From Pelagomonas calceolata (Eukaryota): 64,000 nucleotides of DNA. The stretch's first letter is position 1. Every line of letters begins with the position of its first letter. A program made the translations under genes and the position numbers. Shown here in pieces: positions 8,989 to 19,762 of the stretch. The stretch lies in assembly GCA_918797485.1 (NCBI GenBank), contig CAKKNE010000001.1, forward strand, positions 2,914,001 to 2,978,000, in the 5' to 3' direction. The notes under the pieces were generated by a model. That model saw only the letters and a program-made list of their open reading frames with translations. It ran no database searches and was not told the DNA's origin.

Positions 8989-10201
8989 ATGGGTGTTGCG
9001 AAGAGCAAAGGCGCCGGGCCGGGCGCCGGGCCGCCGCCGCCGACGCCGGCGACGGCGGCGGCGGATGCCGGCCCGGAGGGCCTCGGCGGCCGGCGCGCGA
9101 ACCGCGTCATGGTCACGCGCGACGGCCGGCACCTCAGCTTCGCCGAGGCCGGCGACCCAGCGGGGTTCCCAGTGCTATGCTTCTTCGGCGTCGGCTCGAG
9201 CCGCTACCTCGTGCTCCTCTTCGACGACGTGGCGCGGCGGCTGGGCCTGCGCGTCATCGCGTGCGACCGGCCGGGCTTCGGCCGCTCGAGCCCGGCGGCC
9301 GGCGGCGGCTTCGCAGCGTTCGCGCGGGACGTCGAGGCGCTCTGCGCCACGCTCCGGCTGCGCCGCGTGGCCCTCTGGGGGCACTCGGTGGGCTGCGCCT
9401 ACGTGGCCGCGTGCGCGCTCCACGAGCCGCTGCGGCGGCGGCGCCTCGCGGCGCGGCTGGCGCTCGTGTCGCCCTGGGTGCCGCTGGACAGCCCGGGCGT
9501 GCCGCTGCACTTCCGCGCGGCGCGGTTCTTCCCGCGCTCGCTCGCGGCGCTCGCGGCGCCCGGCGCCGTCGACGAGCAGCGGCGGCGGCTGCGCCGCGGC
9601 GGCGGCGCCGCCGACGAGGCGCTCTCGGCGCCGGCCGCCGCGCTCGCCGCGCTCGGCCTAGCGGGCGCCGCCCGGGGCGAGCTCCACCTCTGCGGCGCGC
9701 CGGCGGAGGGCGACGAGGACGAGGCGGACGCGGCGGCCTCGCGCGAGGAGCTCAGCGCCCGGGAGCTCCGCGCGCTCGAGGACATGCCGCTCGCACGGCG
9801 CGCGCGCCGCGGCGCGCGACTCACGCTCGTCGCGCCTCGCACTCTCATCCTTCCTCCTTCGCGCGCAGGTGCTCCTGGCGAGCGTCATCGAGGCGCAGCG
9901 CCAGGGCCCCCGCGGGTTCCGCGACGAGTTCGCGCTGTGCTGCGGCGCCTTCGGCTTCGCCTACGCGGACGTCCGGTGGCCGGCGCGGCTGTACCACGGG
10001 TCGGCGGACAGCCTCGTGGCGGGCGAGAGCGCGCGGTGGCTCCGCAGCGAGCTCCGGCGCGGCCTCGGCGACGCGGCCGCCGTCGAGCTCGTCGAGGAGC
10101 GGGGCGGGACGCACAACGGCATGGTCTTCGCGAGCCTGCGGCGGTCGCTCCAGGCGATCGCCCGCGACGTCGCCGCCGCCGCGGGCAGACCTGCCCCGTA
10201 G
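8989..10201 (+). CDS. Alpha/beta-fold hydrolase
   Basis: DGRHLSFAEAGDP, DRPGFGRS, nucleophile elbow GHSVG, LYHGSADSLV, GGTHNG. Inferred GC-AG intron 9802 (or 9793)-9868 with a pyrimidine tract. Confidence 0.85.
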
Positions 10202-10312
10202 CCGTAGGTAGGTGTGTAATGATGTGCCCCGCCCCGTCGCCGTCCGCCGTCGACCAGGGCGGCGGCGCACGTGGCGGCGCGGACCGGCGGTGGCGAGGTA
10301 CGAGGTACAGAA

Positions 10313-11209
10313 TTACTCCGCCGGCCGCAGCCGGCTCGCGAGGCGCGCGGCGGCGGCGCGCCACGCCTCGACGGCCCCCGCCGCGCCGGATCCGCGGCGT
10401 GCGAGGAAGTCGGCGAGGCGCGCGCCGAGCGACTTCGGCGCGGGCGCCCCCGCGGCGGCGGCGGGCGGCGCGGCGGGCGGCCGCGGCGCGGCGTCGGCGT
10501 CGGCGCCGTCGTCGGGCAGGCCCACGAGCTCGTCGCGGAACTGCTCCTGCCGATCCCACCACGTGTTGGGCCGCGGCCGGGCCGAGTCGCGCTCGAGCCG
10601 CGGCCAGCGCGCCCGCCGGCGCTTCTCGAGCGTGAGGACGCCGCGGCCGACGGCGCCGGGCTCGTAGAGGCAGCGCGCCACGGGCGCGTAGGGCTCGAGC
10701 GCGAGGGCGAAGCGCGCGTTGCGGGCGGCGCTGGCCGCGTCGACGGCGACGGCCCGCGGCGCGCACGCGACGCGGACGTCCGCCACGTCCAGCGCCGGCG
10801 GCGCGGCGTCCGCCGTCGCCCACGTCACGCGGAGGAGGACGGCGTCCGCGCGCTGGGCCCACTCCAGGCGCGGCGCGGCCGTCGTCGGGGCGCGCGCGCC
10901 GCCCCCCGAGGCGTCACCGCCGCCGCCGACGATCCGCGCCCACCGCGCCGCCGCGTCGACCTCCACGTCGACGGCGCCGGCCGCGAGCGCCGCCGCGCCG
11001 GCCGCGTCCACGAGCGGCAGGACGCCCGCCACGCAGGTCGCGTTGGCGGTCCGCGCGAGCGCGCGCAGCTCGAGCGCCGACAGCCCGCGCGCCCACGCCG
11101 CCGCGCCGGCGCCCGCGAGGCGCCCCGCGCACTCCACCGAGGCCTCGGTCCGGTTCTGCGCGGCTCCCCGCGTGGCGAGGGCGGCGCTCACGACAACAAT
11201 CCATCGCAT
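10313..11209 (-). CDS. Secreted/ER CS (p23-like) domain protein
   Basis: Signal peptide MRWIVVVSAALA; PRLEWAQRADAVLLRV and VLTLEK...WPRL match the CS-domain pattern. Confidence 0.7.
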   Translation of the reverse strand: MRWIVVVSAALATRGAAQNRTEASVECAGRLAGAGAAAWARGLSALELRALARTANATCVAGVLPLVDAAGAAALAAGAVDVEVDAAARWARIVGGGGDASGGGARAPTTAAPRLEWAQRADAVLLRVTWATADAAPPALDVADVRVACAPRAVAVDAASAARNARFALALEPYAPVARCLYEPGAVGRGVLTLEKRRRARWPRLERDSARPRPNTWWDRQEQFRDELVGLPDDGADADAAPRPPAAPPAAAAGAPAPKSLGARLADFLARRGSGAAGAVEAWRAAAARLASRLRPAE

Positions 11210-11385
11210 ATGGTGGTCGAGGCTGCCACCACGCATGCGCGTGGCCGCCTCTGCGATCCGTTTGGGCTCAGGGAGGCCCCGCTCGCCGCTAATTATTTGT
11301 CTTATAGTTGAGACATCACAGCTGCGCCGCCGTCAAAGTGCAGCCCGAGGTCGTCGCTCTCGCGACGAAGGCAGCCCAAAATCTC

Positions 11386-11548
11386 CACTGTAAAACACTC
11401 TACGTCAATAGGCAGAACCCTGTGGGCCCATAACCTAGCAAGAGTATGTCGTAGCGTTATGTAAAGTAGCAGGGTCCTAGCTCACCAGCCGAGGGCTGGG
11501 CCAACCGTGACTTGAACCTCAGGCTGACTACGAGAGTGTTTTATAGTG
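11386..11548. mobile_element. Candidate 163-bp MITE with CACTG/CACTA termini
   Basis: cactgtaaaacactct (11386-11401) vs agagtgttttatagtg (11533-11548), 15/16 inverted; no matching TSD seen. Confidence 0.5.
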
Positions 11549-11867
11549 AACTGTTATTACACCGTAGCGTCAAAGACACTCGCTGTATAGACTCAAATAT
11601 TAGAGAGTGGGAGATACATATCTAGGGTAGGAAGGGCTAGTATTCACTAGGCCTACTCTATCCGGGTATTTAACCAAGATAAGGGAGACAGATAAGTGAG
11701 ACTAGGATAGTGAAGCTAAGATAAAATTTTGGGAGATTTATAAGTGGAAAAGAGGCCGTTGCCACAACGGGCGCCAACCCCAGGGACCCCGGACCACGCG
11801 CCCCCGCGCCAAAACAACCAAGGGAGGGTGGGAGGGCCAAAAATTCTTGCTCCTTTGTCCTGCGCTC

Positions 11868-12511
11868 TCACAATCGGAGCGCTGTTGGACACGAGCAAGT
11901 ATAAGAAAGTATCTTCATCGCGTCGCCGAGGGCGTGCGCCAGGCCCGGCAGGCCGACTGCTTTGCGCGTCTCGAGGCGGTACCGCGCGAGCCGCGGCGCG
12001 ACGTGGCCCTCGAGCCAGCTCAGCTTGGAGCAGTTCAGCACGACGTCCGCGGCGTAGGTCCGATCCCGCTTCGACGTGGCGTATTTCTACACGCATAGAT
12101 GTCCCGGGATGCGTGGGGTTTGTAAGAGTTGAAATCATCTCGTGAAACGTAATTAGGGCTCTCCTGGCAGTTTGGGCCGTCGGGGACGCGTTTAAATATC
12201 TGTCGAAAACTTGAAACTTCTGAGTTTCTATCTTTAACGGGATTCAGTGGTTGATTTCCACACAGGACGACTTCAGGCGCCCCATCCTCTGTGGGGCCAT
12301 CACCCACTTCTTCAAAATGAGCGACCTCTTCGACATCTGCCCTATCCGAGCCATCAACAAGAGGAAGGGGACGCTGCGTTCCTTTCGGGTACTCACAGTT
12401 CGCACAGAACAAATAATCTTTCGTATCGCTCTCGTGCCTCGTTGTACAAACGAGACAAGTCCATCCGCGTTTGAGTTGCATTTTGCGTAGCCAGCCGTCT
12501 AACGTGGCCAT
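11868..12511 (-). CDS. Putative RanBP2-type zinc-finger protein interrupted by an introner TIR (gene or pseudogene)
   Basis: WTCLVCTT...FCANCEYPK in ORF from 12511; coding character stops at the TIR (12265). A GC3-rich in-frame segment 12086-11868 may be exon 2. Confidence 0.4.
12249..12265 (+). mobile_element. Solo introner right-end TIR
   Basis: ggttgatttccacacag, identical to the right ends of IE1 and IE2; no partner TIR or TSD found. Confidence 0.8.
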
Positions 12512-13374
12512 GGTAGCAAACCAACTAGTCCTGCGAGGCCGCAGCGAGAGGTCGACGATTTGCTGCTGGGAGAGGCCTGAGTGGATCGTGACGGCGTCGA
12601 TGGCGTGCCATTGGCGTCACGCGATGGCGCGACGGCGCGGATGTGTGGCGTCGATGCACCGATAGCATAAGACGAGTAGCGCCGACGGCTTAGAAAACGT
12701 CGAGTCGATGGCGCATACGCGTATTTGAAACGATGGCGTGGACGTGGATCGCAGCGACGACGTGAAATGCGTATTGAGTCGACGGCAACGACACAACGTT
12801 CTCGAAGGACGCCGCGTCAGCACACAAGGTGTAGTCTTAATGCAAGCGCCGACGGCGGGTAGTCTTAATGCAGCGCCAAGGCAAGCGCGCCACCCTAAGA
12901 CCGACGGCGCCGCTTCTGACGCGCTATCACAAGAATTCTACCTCTCGTATTCGTCGATGTCCTGCGACAGCACAAGACCTGCGCGGGTAGAGGCGTTGTC
13001 GCGGTCGGTGACGCACGAAATTCGCGTGCGCGCGATGCGGGCCGCGCCGCGCGGACTTCCGGGCGTGTGTCCTTAGCGCGGGTGATGTTCCTTGATACGC
13101 CCGCGCAGCGTCTTCGACGTTAAAACGCTAAAGCGGGCTAGGCCACTGCTGTGGCCACAGCCGTAAACGCGGTACGGCGCGCAGGGCGGGGCTGCGCGAG
13201 AAGATAGCGCCATATGGGAAGGAGGCGGACGCGGCGTGTACCTCCCCAGGGGCTCCCAGGCAGAGCCGCCCTTTTTGGTATGAGCCTTCTACCCTGGCCA
13301 TAAATTAGTGGGCTAGCGGCCTGTAAGACACTAGCAAGCAAGTAAAAAAACCGTCACGACCCCCCCTTAAATGC

Positions 13375-15270
13375 CTACTGCGTCCCATGAAGCCTACCAG
13401 CGGCGGCGGCGGCCATCAGCTCGCGGCGGTGCGCCTGGACGCAGGCCGAGGAGCAGTAGACGAAGTCGAGGCGCGTGAAGGGCGCGCCGCGGACGGGCCC
13501 GGCGCACGCCGCGCACCGGTCCGCCTTCTCGTCGCGCGCCGCGCGCTCGGCCCGCCGCGCGGCGGCGGCCTCGGCACTGCTTGCCGCAGCCGCCGCCGCG
13601 GCCCGCGCCTCGGCCTTGCGCCGCCGCTGCGCCTCGCGCTGGCGCCGCTTCTTCTCGGCGTCGCGCTCGCGCCGGCGCCGAAGCTGGTCGGCGTCCGGCG
13701 GCGGCGGCACGCCGCCGCCGTCCCAGTCGCGCACGTCGTCGGCGCCGGCCGCGGCGCGCGCGCGGACGAACGCGTCGCGCGTCGGCCTGTCCTTGGCCGC
13801 GCGGTACGGCGGCCGCCCGCGGGCGTCGCGGCGCGCCGGGTCGGCGCCGGCGGCGAGCAGGCGCAGGACAGCGTCCGCGCGCCCGGCCGCGGCCGCGGCG
13901 TGCAGCGCCGTCGCGCCGTCGGCATCGACCGCGTCGACGTCCCCGCCGCGGAGGGCGGCGTCGAGGCGCGCCGCGTCGCCGGCCGCGGCCGCGGCGAGGA
14001 GCTCGGTCGTCGCCGGGTCGACCGCGGGCGCGGGCGCGGGCCCCGGCGGCGCGGGCTCCGGCGGCGCGGGCGGCGCGGGCGGCGCGGGCGGCGCGGGCGC
14101 GGGCGGCGCGGCCGGCGGAGGCGGCGGCGGCGCGTGGAGGAAGATCGTGGCGAGGCGTTCGTACGCGGCCGTCGCGTGCTTGAGCGTCGGCCGCGGCACG
14201 GCGAAGGGGAGCTTCTGCACGCGCGCGTCGGCCGCGTCGAGCGGCGGCGCGCCCGCGCCGCCGAACAGCAGCGGCCGCAGCGCCTTGGCGCAGGCGACCG
14301 CCACCAGCGCGCACGCGCCCAGGTCGGCGCGCCACTCGGCCAGGAGCGCGCGCACGTCGTCGGCGAGCGCGCGCTCGCCGTGGCGCCGCAGCGTCGATCC
14401 GACGCTGCTCACCTTCTTCCCGCTCGCGTCCAGGGCGCTCTGCGCGCCGCCCTGGCCGCGCCGCGTCGTGTACCGCGCGAGCGCGCGGTGCCGGAGCAGC
14501 CGGCCGTCGCCCGCGAAGATCGCGCCGGCGAAGCGGCCGCTCGCGAGCGCGACGACGGCGACGGCCGGGGCGCGCGGCGCGCGGCGCGCCGCGGCGAGCG
14601 CGCGCAGCGTCGCCGCCGCCCGGGCCGTCGTCGCGCGGCGCGCGGCGCGCCCGCCGCCGAAGCCGCACGCGCCGGCGACCGCCGCGCACACCGACGCGCA
14701 CGCCGCCGGCCCCGCCGGCAGGGCGACCGTCGACGACCGCGCGTCGCGCCGGAGCTCGCCGCCGCCGGCGTCGGCGTCGGCGTCGTCGTCCGACGACGCC
14801 GCGTCGTCGGCGCCGTCGTCGGCGCCGTCGTCGGCGCCGTCGTCGGCGCCGTCGTCGGCGCCGTCGCCGTCGCTGTCGTCGCCCTCGTCGTCGCCGGGGG
14901 CGACCTCGGCGCCCCCGTGGGCGGCGTCGCCCCCGCGCGCGGCGGGCCCCGCCGCGCCGCCCGCCGTCGCCGCGCGGTGCGCCGCCGACGCGAAGTGCGC
15001 CGCCTGCGCGCCGCGGTCGGCGAATTTTAGGCCGCACGCGACGCACGTGAGGCCGCGCGCCGACGGCGCCGCTTCCGCGGCGGCGGCGGCGGCGGCCGCC
15101 GGCCCGCGGCCGCCCGCGGCCGCGACAACTTCCGCGAGTTCGTCGAGCGCCTCCGCGGAGAGCGCCCAGGCCGCCGCTGCCGTCCCGCCCAGCGCGTAGT
15201 CGGGCGCCCACGAGTGGCTGCTCCGGCTGACGGCCTCGCGGCATTCCACGGCGAGGAGCGACGACGGCAT
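13375..15270 (-). CDS. ANKZF1: ANKZF1/Vms1-like ribosome quality-control factor
   Basis: C2H2 finger (CVAC...HFASAAH), VLRF1 motif HRALARYTTRRGQGGAQS, ankyrin repeat (GATALHAAA), coiled coil, C-terminal CAAC...FVYCSSACV. Confidence 0.9.
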   Translation of the reverse strand: MPSSLLAVECREAVSRSSHSWAPDYALGGTAAAAWALSAEALDELAEVVAAAGGRGPAAAAAAAAEAAPSARGLTCVACGLKFADRGAQAAHFASAAHRAATAGGAAGPAARGGDAAHGGAEVAPGDDEGDDSDGDGADDGADDGADDGADDGADDAASSDDDADADAGGGELRRDARSSTVALPAGPAACASVCAAVAGACGFGGGRAARRATTARAAATLRALAAARRAPRAPAVAVVALASGRFAGAIFAGDGRLLRHRALARYTTRRGQGGAQSALDASGKKVSSVGSTLRRHGERALADDVRALLAEWRADLGACALVAVACAKALRPLLFGGAGAPPLDAADARVQKLPFAVPRPTLKHATAAYERLATIFLHAPPPPPPAAPPAPAPPAPPAPPAPPEPAPPGPAPAPAVDPATTELLAAAAAGDAARLDAALRGGDVDAVDADGATALHAAAAAGRADAVLRLLAAGADPARRDARGRPPYRAAKDRPTRDAFVRARAAAGADDVRDWDGGGVPPPPDADQLRRRRERDAEKKRRQREAQRRRKAEARAAAAAAASSAEAAAARRAERAARDEKADRCAACAGPVRGAPFTRLDFVYCSSACVQAHRRELMAAAAAGRLHGTQ

Positions 15271-16345
15271 CTCGAGCGTCTCACTCCAGCGCGTCACGCA
15301 AACGCGTCGAAACCGATGCGTATCCCTAGTCCTTAGCAAAAGCACAGCCAAGCAGCTTTTTTCTGTCGGGTTCGGGTTTTACACGGCGCGCGACCGCTCC
15401 TCCGGGACCCATCCGTCGGGCTAGGACAGAGTAAGGTGGTCAAACGGACCTCCCTCCTTCTCCTCGAAAAGGGATGCAGTCTACGTGGCGGGTTTTGGCC
15501 CCACCCCGCCTAGCAGTGTAATGAGGCGCTTTTAGACTATTATGGCAAGTTAGGTTTTCATTCAGAACACCCCCACTAGACGGGGTCGCGGGGTCCCCGA
15601 GAGGTGGTGTTCGTCCCGGCCTACTCGGAGAGGCCGTGGCAGAGTCCTGAGAAGGGTGCCCATCCTCTGCTCCCCCGCAGCGAAGGGAGCGCGTAGTGGC
15701 CACATATCTCTGGGCACGAAACCCGATTAAGAGCATTTAGCCGCGACGTATAATTAGCCTGAGCCAGTCTGAGGAGACACCGTCCCCCTTCCAGGGTTTC
15801 GGGCTAGCGGCTGTACGACACTAGGGATGCCCAGCACAAAGACTACCTACTACTCACCCTAGGCCTGCCCAACTTTTGGGGCGGGCTGACAGGTGACGCC
15901 CCGTCCGAGCTTCGAACTCGGTGCGGGGCCCACTGGGATTTTCTCGTATTCTCTTTCTCGTCTTCACGTCAACTACTAGCCGGGAGCGGGCGTGGGGCCG
16001 CGACTCCCGGTTGGTGCCAGGAGATGGCGGTGGGTGGCTGTAAATGCGCGTAAAGGTGGCTTTTGATGATAGCGCCAAATTCGATGTCGATTTTCTCTAG
16101 CGTACTTCCCCGAAAGAAGAAGCGGACTCGGACCGCGCGGCCGCGTCTCGAGACCGGGCAAGCGCAGGGTACATCGTCATTAGGCTCGCGCGGGGCTTAT
16201 GGACAGGTGGGGGGGAGGGTTTTGTGCATGGTGTGCGGGGCCGGCGCGCGCCCCTAGGCCGACGAGCCCGTCGTCGCGCGGCGCCCCGCGGTCTTCCGGC
16301 GGTTTCACTTCACTGATACGACTCGTCTCCAGGCCCGACCGGCCC

Positions 16346-19217
16346 CTAGAAGCAGAAGATCTGGTCGGCCGCGTGGCCGCGCGCCTCGAGCTTGGCGATG
16401 GCGCTCTTGACCATGGGCGGCGGCCCGCAGCAGAAGACGTAGGTCTCCGGCCCGGGCGGCGGCATCGTCTTCTCGAGCATGGGCGCGTCGACGAAGCCCG
16501 TGAAGTGCGGCCAGTCGGCCGGCGGCTGGTCGAGCGTGTAGTGGAGGTCCACGGCGCCCGCCGCCGCCGCGTCCTCGAGCTGCTCGCGGCACAGGATGTC
16601 GCCCTCCGTCCGGTTGCCCAGCAGCAGCGAGTACCTGGGCGCGCGCTTGCCCTCGGCCACCGCCGCCGTGATCAGCTGGAGCATGGGCGTCAGGCCCGTG
16701 CCCCCCGCGATGAGGCCGGCCCGCTTGCACGTGATGCGCCGCGTGCCGCCGCCGTGGGCGACGTCGAAGCGGCCCTTGCGGAGGTACTCGATCTCGCCGA
16801 GCGGCCCGCGGAACTCGACGTCCGTGTAGAGCGGGATGCGGTCGCACAGGTACTGGGAGAGGGCGCCGCCGGTCGGGAAGCGCGGCGGCAGCGGCCGGTA
16901 GGCCTTAATCACGAAGTCGACGTGGCCGCGGACCTCGTCGGCCGTCGCCGGCGTGTACGCGCGCGCGACCATCTTGCCGTCGCCGTCCTTGCCGTAGATG
17001 AGGACGTGCTTGCCCACCGGCAGGCCCAGCACCATGTCGGGCGCCGGCAGCGCGAAGCGCAGCCGGAAGGAGTCGTCCGACAGCGCGTCGCGCAGCACGA
17101 GCTTGAGCTTGACCTTGCTCTTGCCGAGCGCGACGCGCCGGCCCTGGGCGTCCGTCGGCGCGGCCTCCTCCTCGGCCCGGGCCGTCGCGCCGGCCGCGCT
17201 CACGACGCCGATGCGCCAGGCCTCGAGCTCGGCCCAGGCCTTCTTCGAGTGGATGGCCTCGAAGTCCTCGGTCGCGTCGGTGCCCGCGACCATGGTGATC
17301 GACTGCGCGCCGCCGGGGTGGCTCTCGAGGTACTTGGTCGCGTCGTAGACCGCGCCCTTGACGACGATCCAGCAGTCGTCGGGCCGGTCGTGCTTGGCGA
17401 CTTCGGCGAGCGTGTAGCTCGGCTCCTGGGGCGTCGCGGCGAGCGCGAGCGACTTGAGGTCCGTCGTCGACGCGGCGAGGCCCAGCGTCTTGATCTTGGA
17501 CAGCGCGAGGCCGCCGTCGGCCTCCTCGGCGATGGCCGCCGCGCGCGCCGCGTGCATGTCGCGCATGGCCTCCTTGTACTGCGTCTCGGCCGTGCGCACG
17601 GCGCCGCTGCGGCGCCGCGCCTCGGGCGTCATCCAGCCGCCCGTGGCCTGGCCGGCGAGCGTCGGGTGCTCGAACGTGAGGCGCGCGCCGCCCTCGGCGC
17701 ACTCGAAGTGCTTCACGACCGTGAACCAGGGGTTGTTGAGCATGCCCATGACGTTCCACGTGAGCTCCTTGGGCTGCGTGTTCATGGCGGCGTCCCACGC
17801 GCGGCACGCCACGTTCTCGGCCTTGAGCAGGTCGGCCGTCGGCACGGTGATGGTCCACATGCACCAGCCCCAGTACTTGCCGGCGGCCGTCGGCGTGTTC
17901 GGCGGGTGCGTCACGTTGCCGTCCTCGACGAGGTGCCACGACTGGCCCCCGTCGAGCGTCACCTCGACGCGGATGATCTTGCGGCCGCCGCCGCTGTAGG
18001 CGTAGCCCTTGACGTCGTACGTCTCGCCGCACCGGGCCAGGTCCAGCACCTCGCCGTGGCCGGGCCGCGAGATCGCGGAGTTGATGCCCAGCTCGTTGAT
18101 GATGTAGTCGGGCTTGAACCACCAGCCCTCGGCCTCGGCCTGCTCGGGCGTCACGTTCACGGGCAGCACGCGGTTGTCCTTGAAGTGGTAGTGGTTGTCC
18201 GAGCACGCGTCGCTCACGCTGATCTCCGAGAGCCACTTGATCATGCGCCCGCCGATGAAGCCGGGGATGATGATGCGCACGGGGAAGCCGTGGTCCGCCT
18301 GGAGCCGCTGGCCGTTCTGCTCCCAGCAGACCATGACGTCGTTGGACTTGTCCATGGCGTAGCGCAGCGGCACGGACGTGCCGTAGGAGCCGTCGGCGCC
18401 GGCGGGCAGCTCCTTGACGGGCCCGCGGAAGCAGACGTGGCGGCCGTCGTCCCACGTCGCCGGGTCCGTCGAGACGCCGTGGGCGGCCAGGACATCGGCG
18501 AGGTGGCAGCCGCCCCACGTCGACATGCCGAGGCCGGCGGCGCCCCAGTTGAAGCCGATCGTGCGCTTGACCATGTTCTGCTCCTTGCGGCGGTTGCCCG
18601 CGCAGACGAGGAGCACGGGCCGCTCGACGAAGGGCAGCTTCCGGAAGTCCGCGAGCGAGAGCGCCGCCGTCGAGGCGACGCCGTGGCCCGCCGGCAGCGC
18701 GACGCGCCACTCTCTTTCAATCTTCAAAATGTCGCTCTCGCCGGCGTAGGCGACGGGGACCTTGCCGTGGTTGCGCACGTAGTGGATCGAGGCCGGCGTG
18801 GAGTGGCCGTGCGCCATGAGCAGCGGCAGCGGCGGCTCGACGTTGAACGGGTGCTTGCCCGTGAGGCGCACCTGCGTGGACATCAACCGGTGTGTCGGGC
18901 GCGCCCGATGACTCTTCACGAAGTCATTTCTCGACGATGACGCGGCCGTGTTGGCTCCGTCGAGCGGTGAGGAATCGACACCGCCACGCCGTCGAGCAGG
19001 CGTCGCGTCGATGGCGCGGAGGTCATGATGCGGCCGAGGGCGGAGATGCGCCGCGACGTTTGATTTCCACACGGAGGCGCACCAGGGCGGGGTGGCGCTT
19101 GACCCACTTGTCGGGCGTCGTCGCATCTTTGGGGTCGGGCACGGGGTACTCCTCGGGCGCGCGCGCCTCGGCCTTGGAGGGCTGCTTCATGGACTTGCTC
19201 GTCGGTGGCACGCACAT
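16346..19217 (-). CDS. NIA: Assimilatory NAD(P)H nitrate reductase (about 886 aa spliced)
   Basis: Exons 19217-19083 and 18871-16346; VRLTGKHPFN, Moco Cys in LVCAGNRRKE, cytochrome b5 HPGG, FAD RAYTP, GGTGLTP, CGPPPM. Confidence 0.97.
18872..19074 (-). mobile_element. Introner element IE5 (203 bp), forms GT-AG intron 19082-18872 of nitrate reductase
   Basis: Perfect TSD aggcgcac at 18864-18871 and 19075-19082; TIRs ccgtgtggaaatcaa / ttgatgtccacgcag; interior collinear with IE2. Confidence 0.95.
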
Positions 19218-19762
19218 GGTGCGCGCGGCGCGCGGGGGGGCTGCCCGACGCGCGGGCGGGGGCGGGGCTGGCGGAGGCGCTGCCGGGGCGTGTGTGCGCG
19301 GCTGCCGGGCGGGCCACTACGCAACTGCACGTCGTACCAGGGTGTGTTTTTTCCCTCGCACCAAATGCTGACAAGTTAGCATCATTTGACTACCCCGAAG
19401 TCGAAAGCTTACTGGCTTGGGCGACGACGCATCTAAGTCACGAGTCACGAAGCCGCTTTCGCTATCTACGCTTCTCGAAAAAACTGTCTCAAACACGTAT
19501 CCAGGGCGGAGTTTGAATGTGCCTCCCGAAGGTGCTTCGAGCTGTCCCTGGGGGAACCACAGAGCCCACTTGCGGTTCACATCACAAGGAAGCGCCATTA
19601 AATTTTACGCGTGAGTCGATGCTTGCTAGTGCCTGACTGGGCCTAGCTCGCAGAGCATAGAGCAGCCAGGAAGGACGCCCGCGCACAGCGAGTCAGCTAG
19701 AACTATCATTACGAGGACACGGATGGACGCTTCGGAGCGGGGGGCGGGCGGGGGCACATACG

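Noticed and set aside
11490..11530. B-box-like GGTTCAAGTC on the minus strand suggesting a tRNA or SINE
   Set aside because: No A-box or cloverleaf could be built. No tRNA, rRNA or snRNA was recognised anywhere in the window.
14795..14870. 12-bp tandem repeats (DDGA)n in ANKZF1 and similar GC-rich repeats
   Set aside because: Ordinary low-complexity coding linkers.
16199..18940. Long antisense or alternate-frame ORFs (e.g. 913 aa opposite nitrate reductase, 944 aa over the anoctamin, and many Arg/Ala/Pro-rich ORFs)
   Set aside because: Shadow ORFs produced by extreme GC3 bias; no motifs, and they overlap well-supported genes.
718..19082. Repeated GTGGAAATC/GATTTCCAC read as CRISPR repeats or operator sites
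   Set aside because: They occur as inverted pairs with TSDs inside eukaryotic genes, not as regularly spaced direct repeats; no cas genes.
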